DNA from: Leptolyngbyaceae cyanobacterium
GTDB lineage: Bacteria > Cyanobacteriota > Cyanobacteriia > Phormidesmidales > Phormidesmidaceae
NCBI GenBank assembly: GCA_965263355.1
Contig: CBDHHL010000032.1
Location: 3,520,001 to 3,584,000 of the forward strand
Reading direction: 5' to 3'
DNA: 64,000 nt
Part shown: piece by piece, positions 41,669 through 52,459 of the stretch
Numbering within the stretch: the first letter of the stretch is position 1
How the letters are laid out: each line of letters starts with the position of its first letter
Made by a program: the position numbers and the translations under genes
The notes under the pieces: model-generated
The model's database searches: none
Seen by the model: only the letters and a program-made list of their open reading frames with translations
What the model was told of the DNA's origin: nothing

Positions 41669-42418
41669 TTAAATCGTGTAACTAAATCTTTCCATATCTT
41701 CTTTATATTTGATTTCTAAAAAGTTGATGTCATCTAGACTGAAATAATTTCTCCAGTCTTTGTACTTGCGTTTAGATTTATTTGAATGGGGTAAAGCAAC
41801 TGAAATGCCAACTTTCTGACAAATATGCTCCCAATCGGTACTGATATCCTCTAATCGACCAACATAATCAACAATCAGATTTTCACCCGCTTCGTCAGCC
41901 AGCTGATGAAACTGAGACATTGTTCCATAGGATTGCCAACACTTCTCAGAATGAATAAACTCAGTAACTGAATTGCTCTTTAGGCAAGCTACTACTCCAG
42001 GCCATCTAAAAGCATCATATAGCTTAGGGAGCCGAGTTAATGCGGGAGGAATAGAACTAATCTGATCTAATGCATACATTAATTTGATAGCAGGGCCTCT
42101 GTAACCTCCTAAATAATAGGTTTTAAGATATTCATAGAATGATACCATCCGATCAATAGGGTGCCTGACCACTGAGAACGTAAAGTACTTTTCCCAGAGT
42201 TGGTCGCCCATCAGCTTCTTGATCTCGGAAGCAGAGGAGTGCTTATATATTCCAAACTTTTTTTCGTAAGCTTTTTGTAGCGTTTCTCCGTATTTTGTGC
42301 TGCCTAAGACAACATCATTCCACTGCATTTCTTTTTCTAGGGCTCGTTCAATGCTGGTCCCACCGCACTTATGTAGATGAACGAATACAAACTTTTTGCT
42401 ATTAGAAATAAAGGTCAT
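41669..42418 (-). CDS. Sulfotransferase family 2 protein
   Basis: 5'-PSB FVHLHKCGGTS, 3'-PB RHPIDRMVSFY and DYVGRLE motifs. Confidence 0.9.
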   Translation of the reverse strand: MTFISNSKKFVFVHLHKCGGTSIERALEKEMQWNDVVLGSTKYGETLQKAYEKKFGIYKHSSASEIKKLMGDQLWEKYFTFSVVRHPIDRMVSFYEYLKTYYLGGYRGPAIKLMYALDQISSIPPALTRLPKLYDAFRWPGVVACLKSNSVTEFIHSEKCWQSYGTMSQFHQLADEAGENLIVDYVGRLEDISTDWEHICQKVGISVALPHSNKSKRKYKDWRNYFSLDDINFLEIKYKEDMERFSYTI

Positions 42419-42512
42419 TCTGAAAACCTAATTAAAAAATACTTTCTATATGCTCTTTTTGCTCATTGCTCATAGCTTTATTCATGGGGTGTAAGTATTA
42501 GGAAATAAACCC

Positions 42513-43511
42513 CTAAAATCCCTTGGCAAAGTTCATGGCAGCTTGCTCTAACTGAATATAAAACCTTATAGGGACTAAATAGAGGAAGTAAGCTGCCGCC
42601 ATAGTAACAAATGTTTTCCTTGGCTCCTCAAATAAAATTCTCAAATCAGTCCCTAAAGACTTATGTAGCATTTTGACGGCCAATGTTCCGTCTCTCATAC
42701 TAACTGCCCGTCGAGCAATGTATCTCTGAAAATATGCCTTGGCTAAGCTAACAACATCGGCAAAGATCTCTGGATACGCTTGATTATACTTGTCAATAAT
42801 TCTCTCCAAATATTCATACTGGAGGAGAACGCTAGCAGATAGACCACCAGGATTGACTCGATAAAGAGTTAGTAATTCGGGAATGCCTTCACATTTCCAT
42901 TTGGTTTCTACAGCTATTCTTAACCAGCACTCAACATCTTCCGCTCTCTTAAAACTTTCGTCAAAGTAGAATGTTTCCTCTATGCCGTGCAGATTGGCCT
43001 TAAATTCAATATCCTTAAAAACTTCCCGCCTAAATACTGGCGACGAACCGTTACCAATTGGATTACGACGAAGGATATATGCAGGGGTAATATCCTTGAT
43101 CTTTGTGGGGATTTGTTTTAGCCCTGTTGGCTTATCATTTTCATCAATGAGTTCAGAATAACTAAAGCTAATTCCAATACTTGGAACTTCTTCTAGGTGC
43201 CTGACATGCTTTTCAATTTTATCGTTTGTCCACAGGTCATCAGCGTCAACCAATGCAATATAGTCACCAGTTGAGTTTCTAATGCCTGTATTGCGAGCGC
43301 CAGCCAAACCTCGGTTAGCCTGTTGAACAATTTTTATCCTTGGATCGTCAAATTGACGACACACATCAATGCTTCGATCAGGTGAACCGTCATCAACAAT
43401 GATAACCTCAAGCTCACTATAGGTTTGTGCTAGAACTGAGTCTATGGTTCTTGCTACAAAATCCTCAGCCTTAAAGACTGGGATTATGACGGATACCAGC
43501 TTATTTTCCAT
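42513..43511 (-). CDS. Glycosyltransferase family 2
   Basis: VSVIIP, DDGSPD, ARNTG, DADD and ED motifs. Confidence 0.93.
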   Translation of the reverse strand: MENKLVSVIIPVFKAEDFVARTIDSVLAQTYSELEVIIVDDGSPDRSIDVCRQFDDPRIKIVQQANRGLAGARNTGIRNSTGDYIALVDADDLWTNDKIEKHVRHLEEVPSIGISFSYSELIDENDKPTGLKQIPTKIKDITPAYILRRNPIGNGSSPVFRREVFKDIEFKANLHGIEETFYFDESFKRAEDVECWLRIAVETKWKCEGIPELLTLYRVNPGGLSASVLLQYEYLERIIDKYNQAYPEIFADVVSLAKAYFQRYIARRAVSMRDGTLAVKMLHKSLGTDLRILFEEPRKTFVTMAAAYFLYLVPIRFYIQLEQAAMNFAKGF

Positions 43512-43831
43512 TAAAAGTCTCCCAGAATTGAAGAGGCAATTATCTAGTTAATTTATACATTTAGACGTAACCAATTCAGATGAAAGCTAGAGGCTTCAAT
43601 GCAGACTTTCATATAGCCTCCTATATAAATTAAGATAAATTCATAGCTTATTCATGGCTTATTTTATAAATAAAATCTGTATAAAACTTAGTTTATCAAC
43701 CCTTTTGCTAGAAAGAATCCATTCAATGAACTCTTTAATTAAATTATATGTTTCCCAAACTGCATGTATAGTTTATTTCTAGCCTTTCCATCTTACGAAC
43801 AAAGTGGTAATCAAAGATTTATTTCCACCAA

Positions 43832-45157
43832 TTATGATAATTGACTAGACACTTCAGGCTCTAACTCATAAGTCGTTTCATGATTGTTTATTTGAGAAGT
43901 TTGTTCAGACCATGTTGATAAAATCTGTATCGATGATAACGATGTCCAAACATATAATATCCACGAGTCTCGGATAAACAGATTACTCTCGGTCATATTG
44001 CTGAGTGTAAGGAAAACTAAAATAATGACAGGGCATATAGCATATGACTGTTTAGTAATTCGAACTAGTTGAATGGATTTGACAGTTGTGATGAAAAAAC
44101 TGATAAAAAATATCATTCCTCCTATCCAACCTACCGAGAGTAATATTTCAAGGAAACCGTTATGCGCATTGGGTGCAGGCCAACCCACCAACTGTCTGAG
44201 CAAATCTGCAGGACCTCCGGCAGGTCCCCAAAAACCCTCATATCCATATCCTAGAAAAGGCCTGAGCGAAATCATATGCCAAACTGCTGGCCAAAGCTCG
44301 TCTCGTCCCGATAAATCAGTACCCTTGCCAAAGATGCCGAGTAAATCATTAGCATTTGCCTGAATATAAACCGATGCTGTACCGGCAAGTAAGATAATGG
44401 TGCTAATAGTAATGACCATATATCGATAATTGAGTTTTAAGGTATTGCATATGAAAAATGTCAATGCCATTGTTACTGATGCTAACAATGCAGTTGTTGA
44501 TTGAGATGCAATCACTAGAAATGTAGAAAGAAGCATCACAAATTTAATAATTTGACGCCATCTATTTTTGAAAAGATCTATATACTGCGTCGTCAGTAAA
44601 AATATTGTAGTAAGAGCCATCTGAGCACCCAATTTATTTTTATGGGTATATACTCCTCGCCAAGCCCCTGTGTGTGGAGGGACGTGCATAATCCCATACT
44701 TTGGAATTAATACCCCAAACAAAAAACACACAACCGTATTCAGGCAAAGAGCAATAGTTAGGAAGCGAAGCTGTTGCTTAAATGTGAAGCTGAGTGAAAA
44801 GAAAATAGAAAATGAAGTTGCGCCTAAAAATAGTATGCTTCGGCGCGAAGAAATATTTGGCCGAGCTGACCACTCAGGTGAAAGAAATACAAGTATTAGA
44901 AAAATGATTAATAATAAAGACTGTGGGCTAGATCTTAGTCGGGCTAATATTAGTTTCCAACGGAGCAATAAGCCTACAGTAGCTACCATATAAAAAAGCA
45001 TACTGAGGGTTGGCAGTAAAAAATTGCTGTTCGCTTCGCTAACGTCAACAAGCTGGCCAGCTCCGCCACTCGTTATTAAATTAATAGGATTGCCCAAGAA
45101 AAACCATAGGCCAAAGGAAACAAATATATACTCTATAATTCTTGGGATTCTTAACAT
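43832..45157 (-). CDS. Wzy/O-antigen ligase family polymerase (ExoQ-like)
   Basis: Multi-TM protein with WRGVYTHKN, LSGR..LW, P.LGYGY and AHNGFL motifs. Confidence 0.88.
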   Translation of the reverse strand: MLRIPRIIEYIFVSFGLWFFLGNPINLITSGGAGQLVDVSEANSNFLLPTLSMLFYMVATVGLLLRWKLILARLRSSPQSLLLIIFLILVFLSPEWSARPNISSRRSILFLGATSFSIFFSLSFTFKQQLRFLTIALCLNTVVCFLFGVLIPKYGIMHVPPHTGAWRGVYTHKNKLGAQMALTTIFLLTTQYIDLFKNRWRQIIKFVMLLSTFLVIASQSTTALLASVTMALTFFICNTLKLNYRYMVITISTIILLAGTASVYIQANANDLLGIFGKGTDLSGRDELWPAVWHMISLRPFLGYGYEGFWGPAGGPADLLRQLVGWPAPNAHNGFLEILLSVGWIGGMIFFISFFITTVKSIQLVRITKQSYAICPVIILVFLTLSNMTESNLFIRDSWILYVWTSLSSIQILSTWSEQTSQINNHETTYELEPEVSSQLS

Positions 45158-45239
45158 AATGTTCCCTATCGATAAAACCTCAATAATACTTATTAAACCT
45201 TTAATAGGTAAGAGAATCTCAACTATATTGAATCATCCT

Positions 45240-46175
45240 TTAAATGCCTAACTTTATCGTATTAAATGTTGCAAGTTTAAAATAAATAAGTAATGCTAGT
45301 GCAATTAATTTAGGGGTTTTATAGAGGTTTTTCCAATTACTGATTAATGCACGATTTACAAAGGACACACCTAAAACAGCCGGCATATTTAAACGTAGGG
45401 TTTGCCGAGCTAAGTACTGGAGCTGAGCAGCTTGAGCTGCCTTATAGTGCTTCTCAACTAGAGCTGGTGCTTCCTGACGCGCCTTCTGCATCAATATTAC
45501 CCACCCTTCCTCCATTTTCTTCAATGTTGATGATAACCCGGAGGTGTGTAAACGATATTGCACTAGTACCTGGTCAATGCCCTCAATATGCCAATGGTTT
45601 TGGATGGCCAGTCTAAATAGAAGGTCAATATCCTCGTTATATTGCATGGACTCGTCAAAACCGTGCAAATCTTCAAAGACTGATTTTCGAATTACAAGGT
45701 TGGACGTTGTTACTGTTGGATTGCTGTAAAAAAGGTCCTGGGGTTGGATAGTGTCAGTAATGTTGTCTGTCAGTTTGTTCGTTGTTTTACCATCAGATTC
45801 TATTAGTTCAACTCTTGAAAAGCTGACGCCCACTTGAGGGTGAGAACTCATGTAGTTGACATGGGTTAGAAGCTTGTCTTCTAGCCACAGATCATCTGAG
45901 TCTAAAAAGGCAACTAATTCACCGTTGGCTAGCTGAGCACCTAAGTTCCGTGCGACAGAAACACCACCATTTTCTTTGGAAATCAGGCGAACTCGCTTGT
46001 CTCTTTTGCAGAATTCGTTGACTACTTCAGCAGTATTGTCTTTCGATCCATCATCAATTACGAGTAGCTCCCAATTTCTGTAGGATTGATCAATGACCGA
46101 CTGAATCACCTCTGGGAGATAGGTGGCTGCATTATAAGCGGGAATAACAATAGAAACTAATAGATTGGAAGCCAT
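45240..46175 (-). CDS. Glycosyltransferase family 2
   Basis: IPAYN, DDGS.D, ARN.G, DSDD and ED motifs. Confidence 0.93.
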   Translation of the reverse strand: MASNLLVSIVIPAYNAATYLPEVIQSVIDQSYRNWELLVIDDGSKDNTAEVVNEFCKRDKRVRLISKENGGVSVARNLGAQLANGELVAFLDSDDLWLEDKLLTHVNYMSSHPQVGVSFSRVELIESDGKTTNKLTDNITDTIQPQDLFYSNPTVTTSNLVIRKSVFEDLHGFDESMQYNEDIDLLFRLAIQNHWHIEGIDQVLVQYRLHTSGLSSTLKKMEEGWVILMQKARQEAPALVEKHYKAAQAAQLQYLARQTLRLNMPAVLGVSFVNRALISNWKNLYKTPKLIALALLIYFKLATFNTIKLGI

Positions 46176-46223
46176 AATAGTATGCTGAATGATTCATCAA
46201 AATCTAAAACTAAGTTATGAGGA

Positions 46224-47489
46224 CTAAGAGGGAGAAAACGCACCTTTGCCAGAAAATACAGACTTCGATACAAGAACTGTGAATATGGGGAGTAGTAAAA
46301 GATGAATTCCTAGTACAACTGCGGCCACAGCAACAATATCAAACTGTGCAGCTATCAAGATTGCAGTCGTAAATATGGCGGTAAAGAATATATTCCACTT
46401 TAATCCATCCATTCCCCGGTCAACGGCTAGTAGTAATTGTTCTGCAACTAGGGCAAATGGTCTAGGTAATGCTGATAGACAGATTATTATAAGGACTGGA
46501 ATAGCTGGAGTCCATTTTGAACTAAATACTATGGGCACGTAAATCGGTGCTAAAGAGCTTTGTAAGATAACGAGTGGAAAAATAATGGCAGCACAGATTT
46601 TTATGCTTCTCATGTAGCTTTTTTTCAAAGAGGTTATACTATCTCGTGCCTCGCATAAATAAGGAAAGACAGAGTTAGAAACCATATTAATGGCTGTTAA
46701 ACTCAGCCCTAGCCCTGCATTGAAAGCAAAGAAGTAGAGTCCTAGTTGATCAACGCTAAAGAAACGGCCAATTAATAAGTAATCAATATTAGACCTCAAA
46801 TAATTCAGCATTTCAATGCCCAGAGGATATTTGGAGAAGTTGAATATTGCCTGCCAGTCTTTTAGGGTGAATTTTCCACTAGGTCGCCAGGAATGGCTTC
46901 TTCTATAAACGACTAGCCAGCAGATTTGGGCAATGAGTAATGCAAAGACAATACTCCAAATCCCCATACCCATAAGGGCTAATGTCACGATGAGAGATTG
47001 ACTCACAAAAGAACTAATAGCAGTTGCTATAGCTCCGATCTTTAGCTTATTCTCTCGACGTAGTAAGGCATCTTGAACTGCATAAAATGGATTAAAAAGA
47101 TAAATAGCTGCCATTAAGATAATGGGCAGAATTAATTTCTCGTTGTCGTAGAATTGGGCAATGGGAAATGCTAGCAAACACTGAACTGCAGCTATGGATA
47201 CGCATAGAATCCAGTTAGTCCAATAGGCTGTATCTGCTAGTTGTTCAATTTCTTCTTCCTTTGCTTGAATTAGTTTTGGAGCAATTCCGCCTTTCTGGAT
47301 AAATACATTCGCAAAGTCAGTAATTGCAAATATGATGGCCATAAGACCGTATTCTTCGGTGCTAAATGACCGCCCTAATACAACGACTATAGCGATACGA
47401 ATAACTCGTCTAAAAATTTGACTCGCTGTCAGCCATCCAATATTTTTGACAAGCTTGTCAGAAAACAAGCTTTTGATTTTTTTTTGCAT
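46224..47489 (-). CDS. wzx: Wzx polysaccharide flippase
   Basis: Multi-TM MOP-like protein with EYG, IDYLLIG..F...LGLY and W...IP motifs. Confidence 0.87.
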   Translation of the reverse strand: MQKKIKSLFSDKLVKNIGWLTASQIFRRVIRIAIVVVLGRSFSTEEYGLMAIIFAITDFANVFIQKGGIAPKLIQAKEEEIEQLADTAYWTNWILCVSIAAVQCLLAFPIAQFYDNEKLILPIILMAAIYLFNPFYAVQDALLRRENKLKIGAIATAISSFVSQSLIVTLALMGMGIWSIVFALLIAQICWLVVYRRSHSWRPSGKFTLKDWQAIFNFSKYPLGIEMLNYLRSNIDYLLIGRFFSVDQLGLYFFAFNAGLGLSLTAINMVSNSVFPYLCEARDSITSLKKSYMRSIKICAAIIFPLVILQSSLAPIYVPIVFSSKWTPAIPVLIIICLSALPRPFALVAEQLLLAVDRGMDGLKWNIFFTAIFTTAILIAAQFDIVAVAAVVLGIHLLLLPIFTVLVSKSVFSGKGAFSPS

Positions 47490-47625
47490 TATATGGTGCA
47501 AGAGTTTTTATAAGACTAACTGTAGGGGGGGAAGTACTTCCCTTAGCTTTGATTATAAAGTCTGCTTTTGCTATTGAATGACGTTAGCGTTTTCAGACTC
47601 TAGTTCCTCCTTTTCTATCCTGTGT

Positions 47626-48732
47626 CTAGTTGTTGTCAAATAATCTAAACAGGAAGTTTAATGGATTTACTAAGCGAGCTGCTAAATCTAACACTGAACC
47701 ACTTGTGCTTTTAGGTACAACAATGACATCGCCATCTTGAACCTGATAGGTATCTATTAAGTCCCGAAGATCTACTTCTTCTTGCATTATTTCCCCAGTG
47801 GCGTCATCCATTCGAATAAATGCAACATCCTTGAGCCTTGCATCATCTGTCGGTCCGCCTGCGATCGCAACCGCGCTAGATAATGAACTATTGGGGGGAA
47901 CTGCAACTTCTCCTGGTCTAGTTACCTCACCAACGACCCGAACTCGAACCGTGTCTGGCGCAAAGCTTGATCTGGCTAGCAAATGATTGTCAATGACTTC
48001 ACCTTCAGGTAAGCGAGGAACAAATATAAGATCTCCGTCCCTAAGCAACATTTCTTCGGGTAGAGTAGCAGACCACAGCGTGTCCCAAAGATTTATTTCC
48101 GTATTAATAGTTTCACCATTGGGGAGTTCACGGATAACCACTACATTACGAATATCTGCTGTGCGTCTGATTCCCCCAGCTTCTACTAAGGCTTCACTAA
48201 TAGATGGAGGCGCATAAGCCACTTGGGTGTTTTGATTAATATTGACAGTATCCTCAATTTGGATAGGCCCAGGACGATAAACCTCACCCGAAACATTCAC
48301 GACTATGGGGCGAAGCGCATTTAAAGAAACGGATACTGCCGGATCGACCAGGATTCTATCGAGAATTACTCTTAAATCTTGCGTTAATTGATCGGTGGTT
48401 TTGCCAGCTGCAATTACTTTCCCAACAATCGGCAAGGCAATAGTCCCATCCGGTAATACTGATAATGGTCCTGTGTATTCTGGAAAGCCATAAACGCTGA
48501 CTTCAATACGATCGCCAGGACCCAATAAATAAGACGATGCCCCCGCATAGTTAGTGGGAACGGTATTGAGAGTGACATCGTTTGGAATATTAGTATCAGC
48601 TTCGCTGGTAGGTAATTCAGGCAATTGTGCAAGCTGTTCAGGTTCTGCTAAGACTACTGTAGGTACGCAACAGATTAATCCCAATATCAAGGGCATTGCT
48701 GTATATAGTCGGTTGTAACTAGGTTGAAACAT
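47626..48732 (-). CDS. wza: Polysaccharide export protein (Wza/OPX, SLBB domains)
   Basis: YLLGPGD, PDGTI.LP..G, V.GEV.RPG and AGG motifs. Confidence 0.9.
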   Translation of the reverse strand: MFQPSYNRLYTAMPLILGLICCVPTVVLAEPEQLAQLPELPTSEADTNIPNDVTLNTVPTNYAGASSYLLGPGDRIEVSVYGFPEYTGPLSVLPDGTIALPIVGKVIAAGKTTDQLTQDLRVILDRILVDPAVSVSLNALRPIVVNVSGEVYRPGPIQIEDTVNINQNTQVAYAPPSISEALVEAGGIRRTADIRNVVVIRELPNGETINTEINLWDTLWSATLPEEMLLRDGDLIFVPRLPEGEVIDNHLLARSSFAPDTVRVRVVGEVTRPGEVAVPPNSSLSSAVAIAGGPTDDARLKDVAFIRMDDATGEIMQEEVDLRDLIDTYQVQDGDVIVVPKSTSGSVLDLAARLVNPLNFLFRLFDNN

Positions 48733-48802
48733 GGGTTTAAAGGTTTGTTTTAGGATGGTGACATCCCTTCTGTAGAAAAGGGCTAGAAATTAATTTGAAA
48801 CG

Positions 48803-51028
48803 CTAGAGTCGACCATTGACATTGGTTGCATCGCTTATTGCTTTACTGCTAAGCGCGTTAGGCAAATTAGCGTGATTCTCATTAAAAGTGACTCCCTGAT
48901 TTTTATTCAAGTAGCGATCAGACTTTTCTTTCACATTGATGCCGTTAGCAACTAGACCAAGCACATTCTGTTGAGACTGTGCCAACATTGTCTTTGTCGT
49001 ACGAATGTTATCGGCATTTGCCATACCAGGACGCATGACCAATAGAACCCCATCGGTTGCACGCCCTAAGGTGATAGCATCTACCAGCCCTAAGATTGGT
49101 GGGCTGTCAATAATGACAAAGTCGTATGCTTTTTCACTTGCCTTGAGAAATGATGTGATGTGCTGAGACTCTAAAATCGCTAATGGATTGAAGGGAACTA
49201 CACCAGCTGTGAGAATATGCAGATTTGGTTCCTGCGAGACGATGGCATCCTTGAGTGGAGTTTGACCTACAGCAAAGTTGCTTAGTCCTTGCACGTTTGG
49301 TAAATCCCAAATGTGATGCTGTGTCGGTTTACGCATATCAGCATCAACTAATAACACCATATGCCCTAAATGAGCCAACGTTAGAGCCAGATTTGCTGCG
49401 ACTTCTGATTTTCCTTCACCGCCTACCGCACTGGTAACAGTGATCGTCTTAACCTGAGAATCTACGCATGAGAACTTTAGATTTGCTTGTAATGCTTGAT
49501 ATGCGTCAAGAACATGGGAATAGTCTGAATTTCTGACTAAAATGCTGGGGATATCGCTGCCCTTGATATTTCTTCTTTTCCAGGCGGGAATAATACCCAA
49601 AAGTGGATATTCGTAAAGTTCTTGACCTTCTTCCAATGTTTTTACAGATTGGTCTATGACGTCGGCAAGGAAGGCTCCAATTAAGCCAAGTAAGATACCA
49701 GCAACTCCACCTGCTAGAAGAAAGAGCTTTAGTGACGCTCCAACGGGTTTTGTAGGAGTTAGTGCTGGCGAGACTATGCTCGCGTTTCCAACATTTTGAT
49801 TTTCCAGAACTTGGGCTTGCTGAAAGTTCTGTAACAGAGTTTCATAGGTACTTTGTGCAGCACCAAGCTGTCGCTCTAATGAACGCTGCTGTTTTTCTAA
49901 AACAGGAATTACTCGGGCTCGACCTTGTTGAGTCAAACGGGCATTAGCCAATTGCTCAACCTGCTGTTGTAAACCTGATTGCGTACCATCAAGCCGTAAA
50001 AATTCTGCAATTAGATCTTGTTCGAGCTGACCTGACTGTAGGTCATCTGCGGGCAGGTCTAGTTCGTTTGTACCTAAAGTAATGCTCAGCCTTTCTTCGA
50101 GTAGGCCTTGTAGTGAGGCTTTCTGATTGCGTAAGGTGACAATTTCAGGATGCTCATCCCGATATCGAGTGCGGGCTAATGCTAAATCTGCTTCCACAGT
50201 TTGCAGCTGTTCTAACACAGCCTGGATCCCAGGAGATTCACTGACGATGCCTACAGCATAAGCTTCTTGGGAACTCAGCTTAAGCTTTTGCTGGAGTTGA
50301 GAGGCTTGGGCTGTACTATCGGCTAGCTGAGACTTGACCTGGATTAACGTATTGTCGAGGGTGAAAAGGGACTCGACCAAATTACGAGATTCCTCTTCAA
50401 GGTTGACGATATTATTGCCTTCCTTAAAGCGTCGTAGATCGGCTTCTGCTTCATCTACGGCAGCCTCAGATGCAGGCAACTGAGCGCTGATAAATTCTTG
50501 AGCAGCTAATGCTGCAGCACGGTTGCTCTGGATATCATTTTCAATGTAAATATCTGCTAGTGTATTTACGACCGTTGCAGCTATTTCTGGATCGCCATCT
50601 TTGTAAGTAACTTTTAGAACATCTGTTCCAGGAACTCCAGTGACCGTGAGCTTGCGTAGTAGGTCATCAGGCTGTAGCAATTCCCCCTCATCATTTTGCA
50701 GTTTTAATTTTGCAATTACTTCTTGGACAAGAGGCGTGGAGCGGAAGACTTCAATTTGGGTGTCTAGAGGGTTATCCAGATTAGTCAGTGCTCTAAGTTC
50801 TCGGGTGCTGCCTTCCAAACCGACTAAAGCAGATGCTTGGTTGGATAGCTCAAACAATAGCTTTGATTCAGCTTCATATTCAGGCTCTTGTGTAATGCCA
50901 ACGCCAACAGCTGCAGTCGTCGTTAGACCGAAAATAGTCAGAGCAATTAACCAGCGACGTTTTAGAACTCGCCAATACTGCTGTAAATCTATTTCTATCT
51001 CTTTAACAGAGTTATCTTGAGATGCCAT
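48803..51028 (-). CDS. wzc: Polysaccharide co-polymerase / BY-kinase (Wzc/GumC)
   Basis: Two TM helices, periplasmic coiled coil, GEGKS, DADMRKP and IIDSPP motifs. Confidence 0.92.
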   Translation of the reverse strand: MASQDNSVKEIEIDLQQYWRVLKRRWLIALTIFGLTTTAAVGVGITQEPEYEAESKLLFELSNQASALVGLEGSTRELRALTNLDNPLDTQIEVFRSTPLVQEVIAKLKLQNDEGELLQPDDLLRKLTVTGVPGTDVLKVTYKDGDPEIAATVVNTLADIYIENDIQSNRAAALAAQEFISAQLPASEAAVDEAEADLRRFKEGNNIVNLEEESRNLVESLFTLDNTLIQVKSQLADSTAQASQLQQKLKLSSQEAYAVGIVSESPGIQAVLEQLQTVEADLALARTRYRDEHPEIVTLRNQKASLQGLLEERLSITLGTNELDLPADDLQSGQLEQDLIAEFLRLDGTQSGLQQQVEQLANARLTQQGRARVIPVLEKQQRSLERQLGAAQSTYETLLQNFQQAQVLENQNVGNASIVSPALTPTKPVGASLKLFLLAGGVAGILLGLIGAFLADVIDQSVKTLEEGQELYEYPLLGIIPAWKRRNIKGSDIPSILVRNSDYSHVLDAYQALQANLKFSCVDSQVKTITVTSAVGGEGKSEVAANLALTLAHLGHMVLLVDADMRKPTQHHIWDLPNVQGLSNFAVGQTPLKDAIVSQEPNLHILTAGVVPFNPLAILESQHITSFLKASEKAYDFVIIDSPPILGLVDAITLGRATDGVLLVMRPGMANADNIRTTKTMLAQSQQNVLGLVANGINVKEKSDRYLNKNQGVTFNENHANLPNALSSKAISDATNVNGRL

Positions 51029-51827
51029 TGAACCTCACTGGGGAAAGGAGCTAACTACGGGGAGGGTAATATTACGGATTTAATATCAGAGGTTAACGTC
51101 TGAATTTCCAACTATATAAATTTCAATCAGCAATCCCATTGACAGACGAAAGAAAGGACTCAGTTCTAGAGAAATAGCTTTGGTTAAACTAACTTAAGTG
51201 ACCCTAGAGACACCTAGAGACAATTCCCATATATCTTCAATAGAATTATGCCCATCTTTTCAAAAGAACCAGTTATTAACCGTGAGAATTCGGTGGAGAC
51301 ATAAGAACTTCATTTCATCCATCAATTTTCTAAAAAACTGATAAAGTCTTGAAACAGTCACAGCGGTCTAACCACTAGTGGTTATGGACCAATGTGAGTC
51401 GCCAAGGTTAGTATTTCTGTGTCAATTAGATGCTGCTACAGGGTAACCCTGAAATCAGCTTAATAGACCTCCTTAGTCAAGTGAAGTGTTTGTAAAACGT
51501 GTCAATTGATACTTGACATATCCATGGGTTACCACACTTGATTCTAAATGGTGATGATGACGTCAAGATAGGACTGAAACGGCCAAACAGTTAACCAATT
51601 GCCAATCTCTACGTGTATGTAAGGTCATACATACGTAAGTATTGATAGACCATTGCTACCTCACTAGAGGTTATGAATCAAAGCGGGTTGATTAAGTTCC
51701 TGGTTATATTTCTCCATTTTCTGCTTGAGTGTATTTTGAGCATTCCTGGTGTAATTTTTGACAGGTGTGTTTGTCGATTTTATGGGGCCGTCTTGTCTGG
51801 GGAGCTACTGTTTCTGAGTTATCAAAA

Positions 51828-52448
51828 CTAATTTCCCTCTGGGTTTTCCAGAACTGCTTCATTTTGAGGGCTGTCCGTATTGTCATCTATGGTGTCGGTG
51901 GCTGAATTATTATCGTCTTTGGCAAGCCAATCAGGGATTGGGCGTTCAATCCCATTTTCTATTCCCTTAGGAATGAGGTGGATATCCACCGGATTTGGCT
52001 CTATCACATCATGGGTAGTCATTACATAGCGGGATGTGCCACTAAAGTCTTCATCTCCAACGGTCAGTCTATAACTTGCGTCATCCACCGTGAGCATAAT
52101 GGTGGTTTCGGGGTTATCTAAGCCATAAGTTTTGAGCTGCTTGGGAGTGGTGGTAATGGTTTCTTGGATGGTGTCACTGGTGATGATATTGAGTAAAAAA
52201 GCGACTGATGCAGGATCGGCAGTGGCGTTTTCCGGCTCAATCATCTGCCATATGTCGTCAGTTTTTGTGAACGTGAGGGTCTCATCTTCTCGCTCAAGGG
52301 TAAATGCACTGATATCAGCTTCAGCAAAATCAAATAGAGTTTCACCTTGATTGGTTTGAGTGCCTTTTTGAGTTTCAAAAATAGTGACGGCGGCTACTAG
52401 TGTTATCGCAACACCCAACAAAATTCCAGTACTGCGTTGTAATTTCAT
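51828..52448 (-). CDS. DUF4340 domain protein
   Basis: N-terminal TM helix and YGLDNP motif. Last gene of the Gld-like operon. Confidence 0.8.
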   Translation of the reverse strand: MKLQRSTGILLGVAITLVAAVTIFETQKGTQTNQGETLFDFAEADISAFTLEREDETLTFTKTDDIWQMIEPENATADPASVAFLLNIITSDTIQETITTTPKQLKTYGLDNPETTIMLTVDDASYRLTVGDEDFSGTSRYVMTTHDVIEPNPVDIHLIPKGIENGIERPIPDWLAKDDNNSATDTIDDNTDSPQNEAVLENPEGN

Positions 52449-52459
52449 GTTTTTTCTCC

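Noticed and set aside
51029..51827. ncRNA or small ORF in the 800-bp region upstream of wzc
   Set aside because: Only a tandem CCTAGAGACA pair (51203-51222) and short palindromes are visible. There is no recognisable RNA family, and ORF 51704-51886 has no support.
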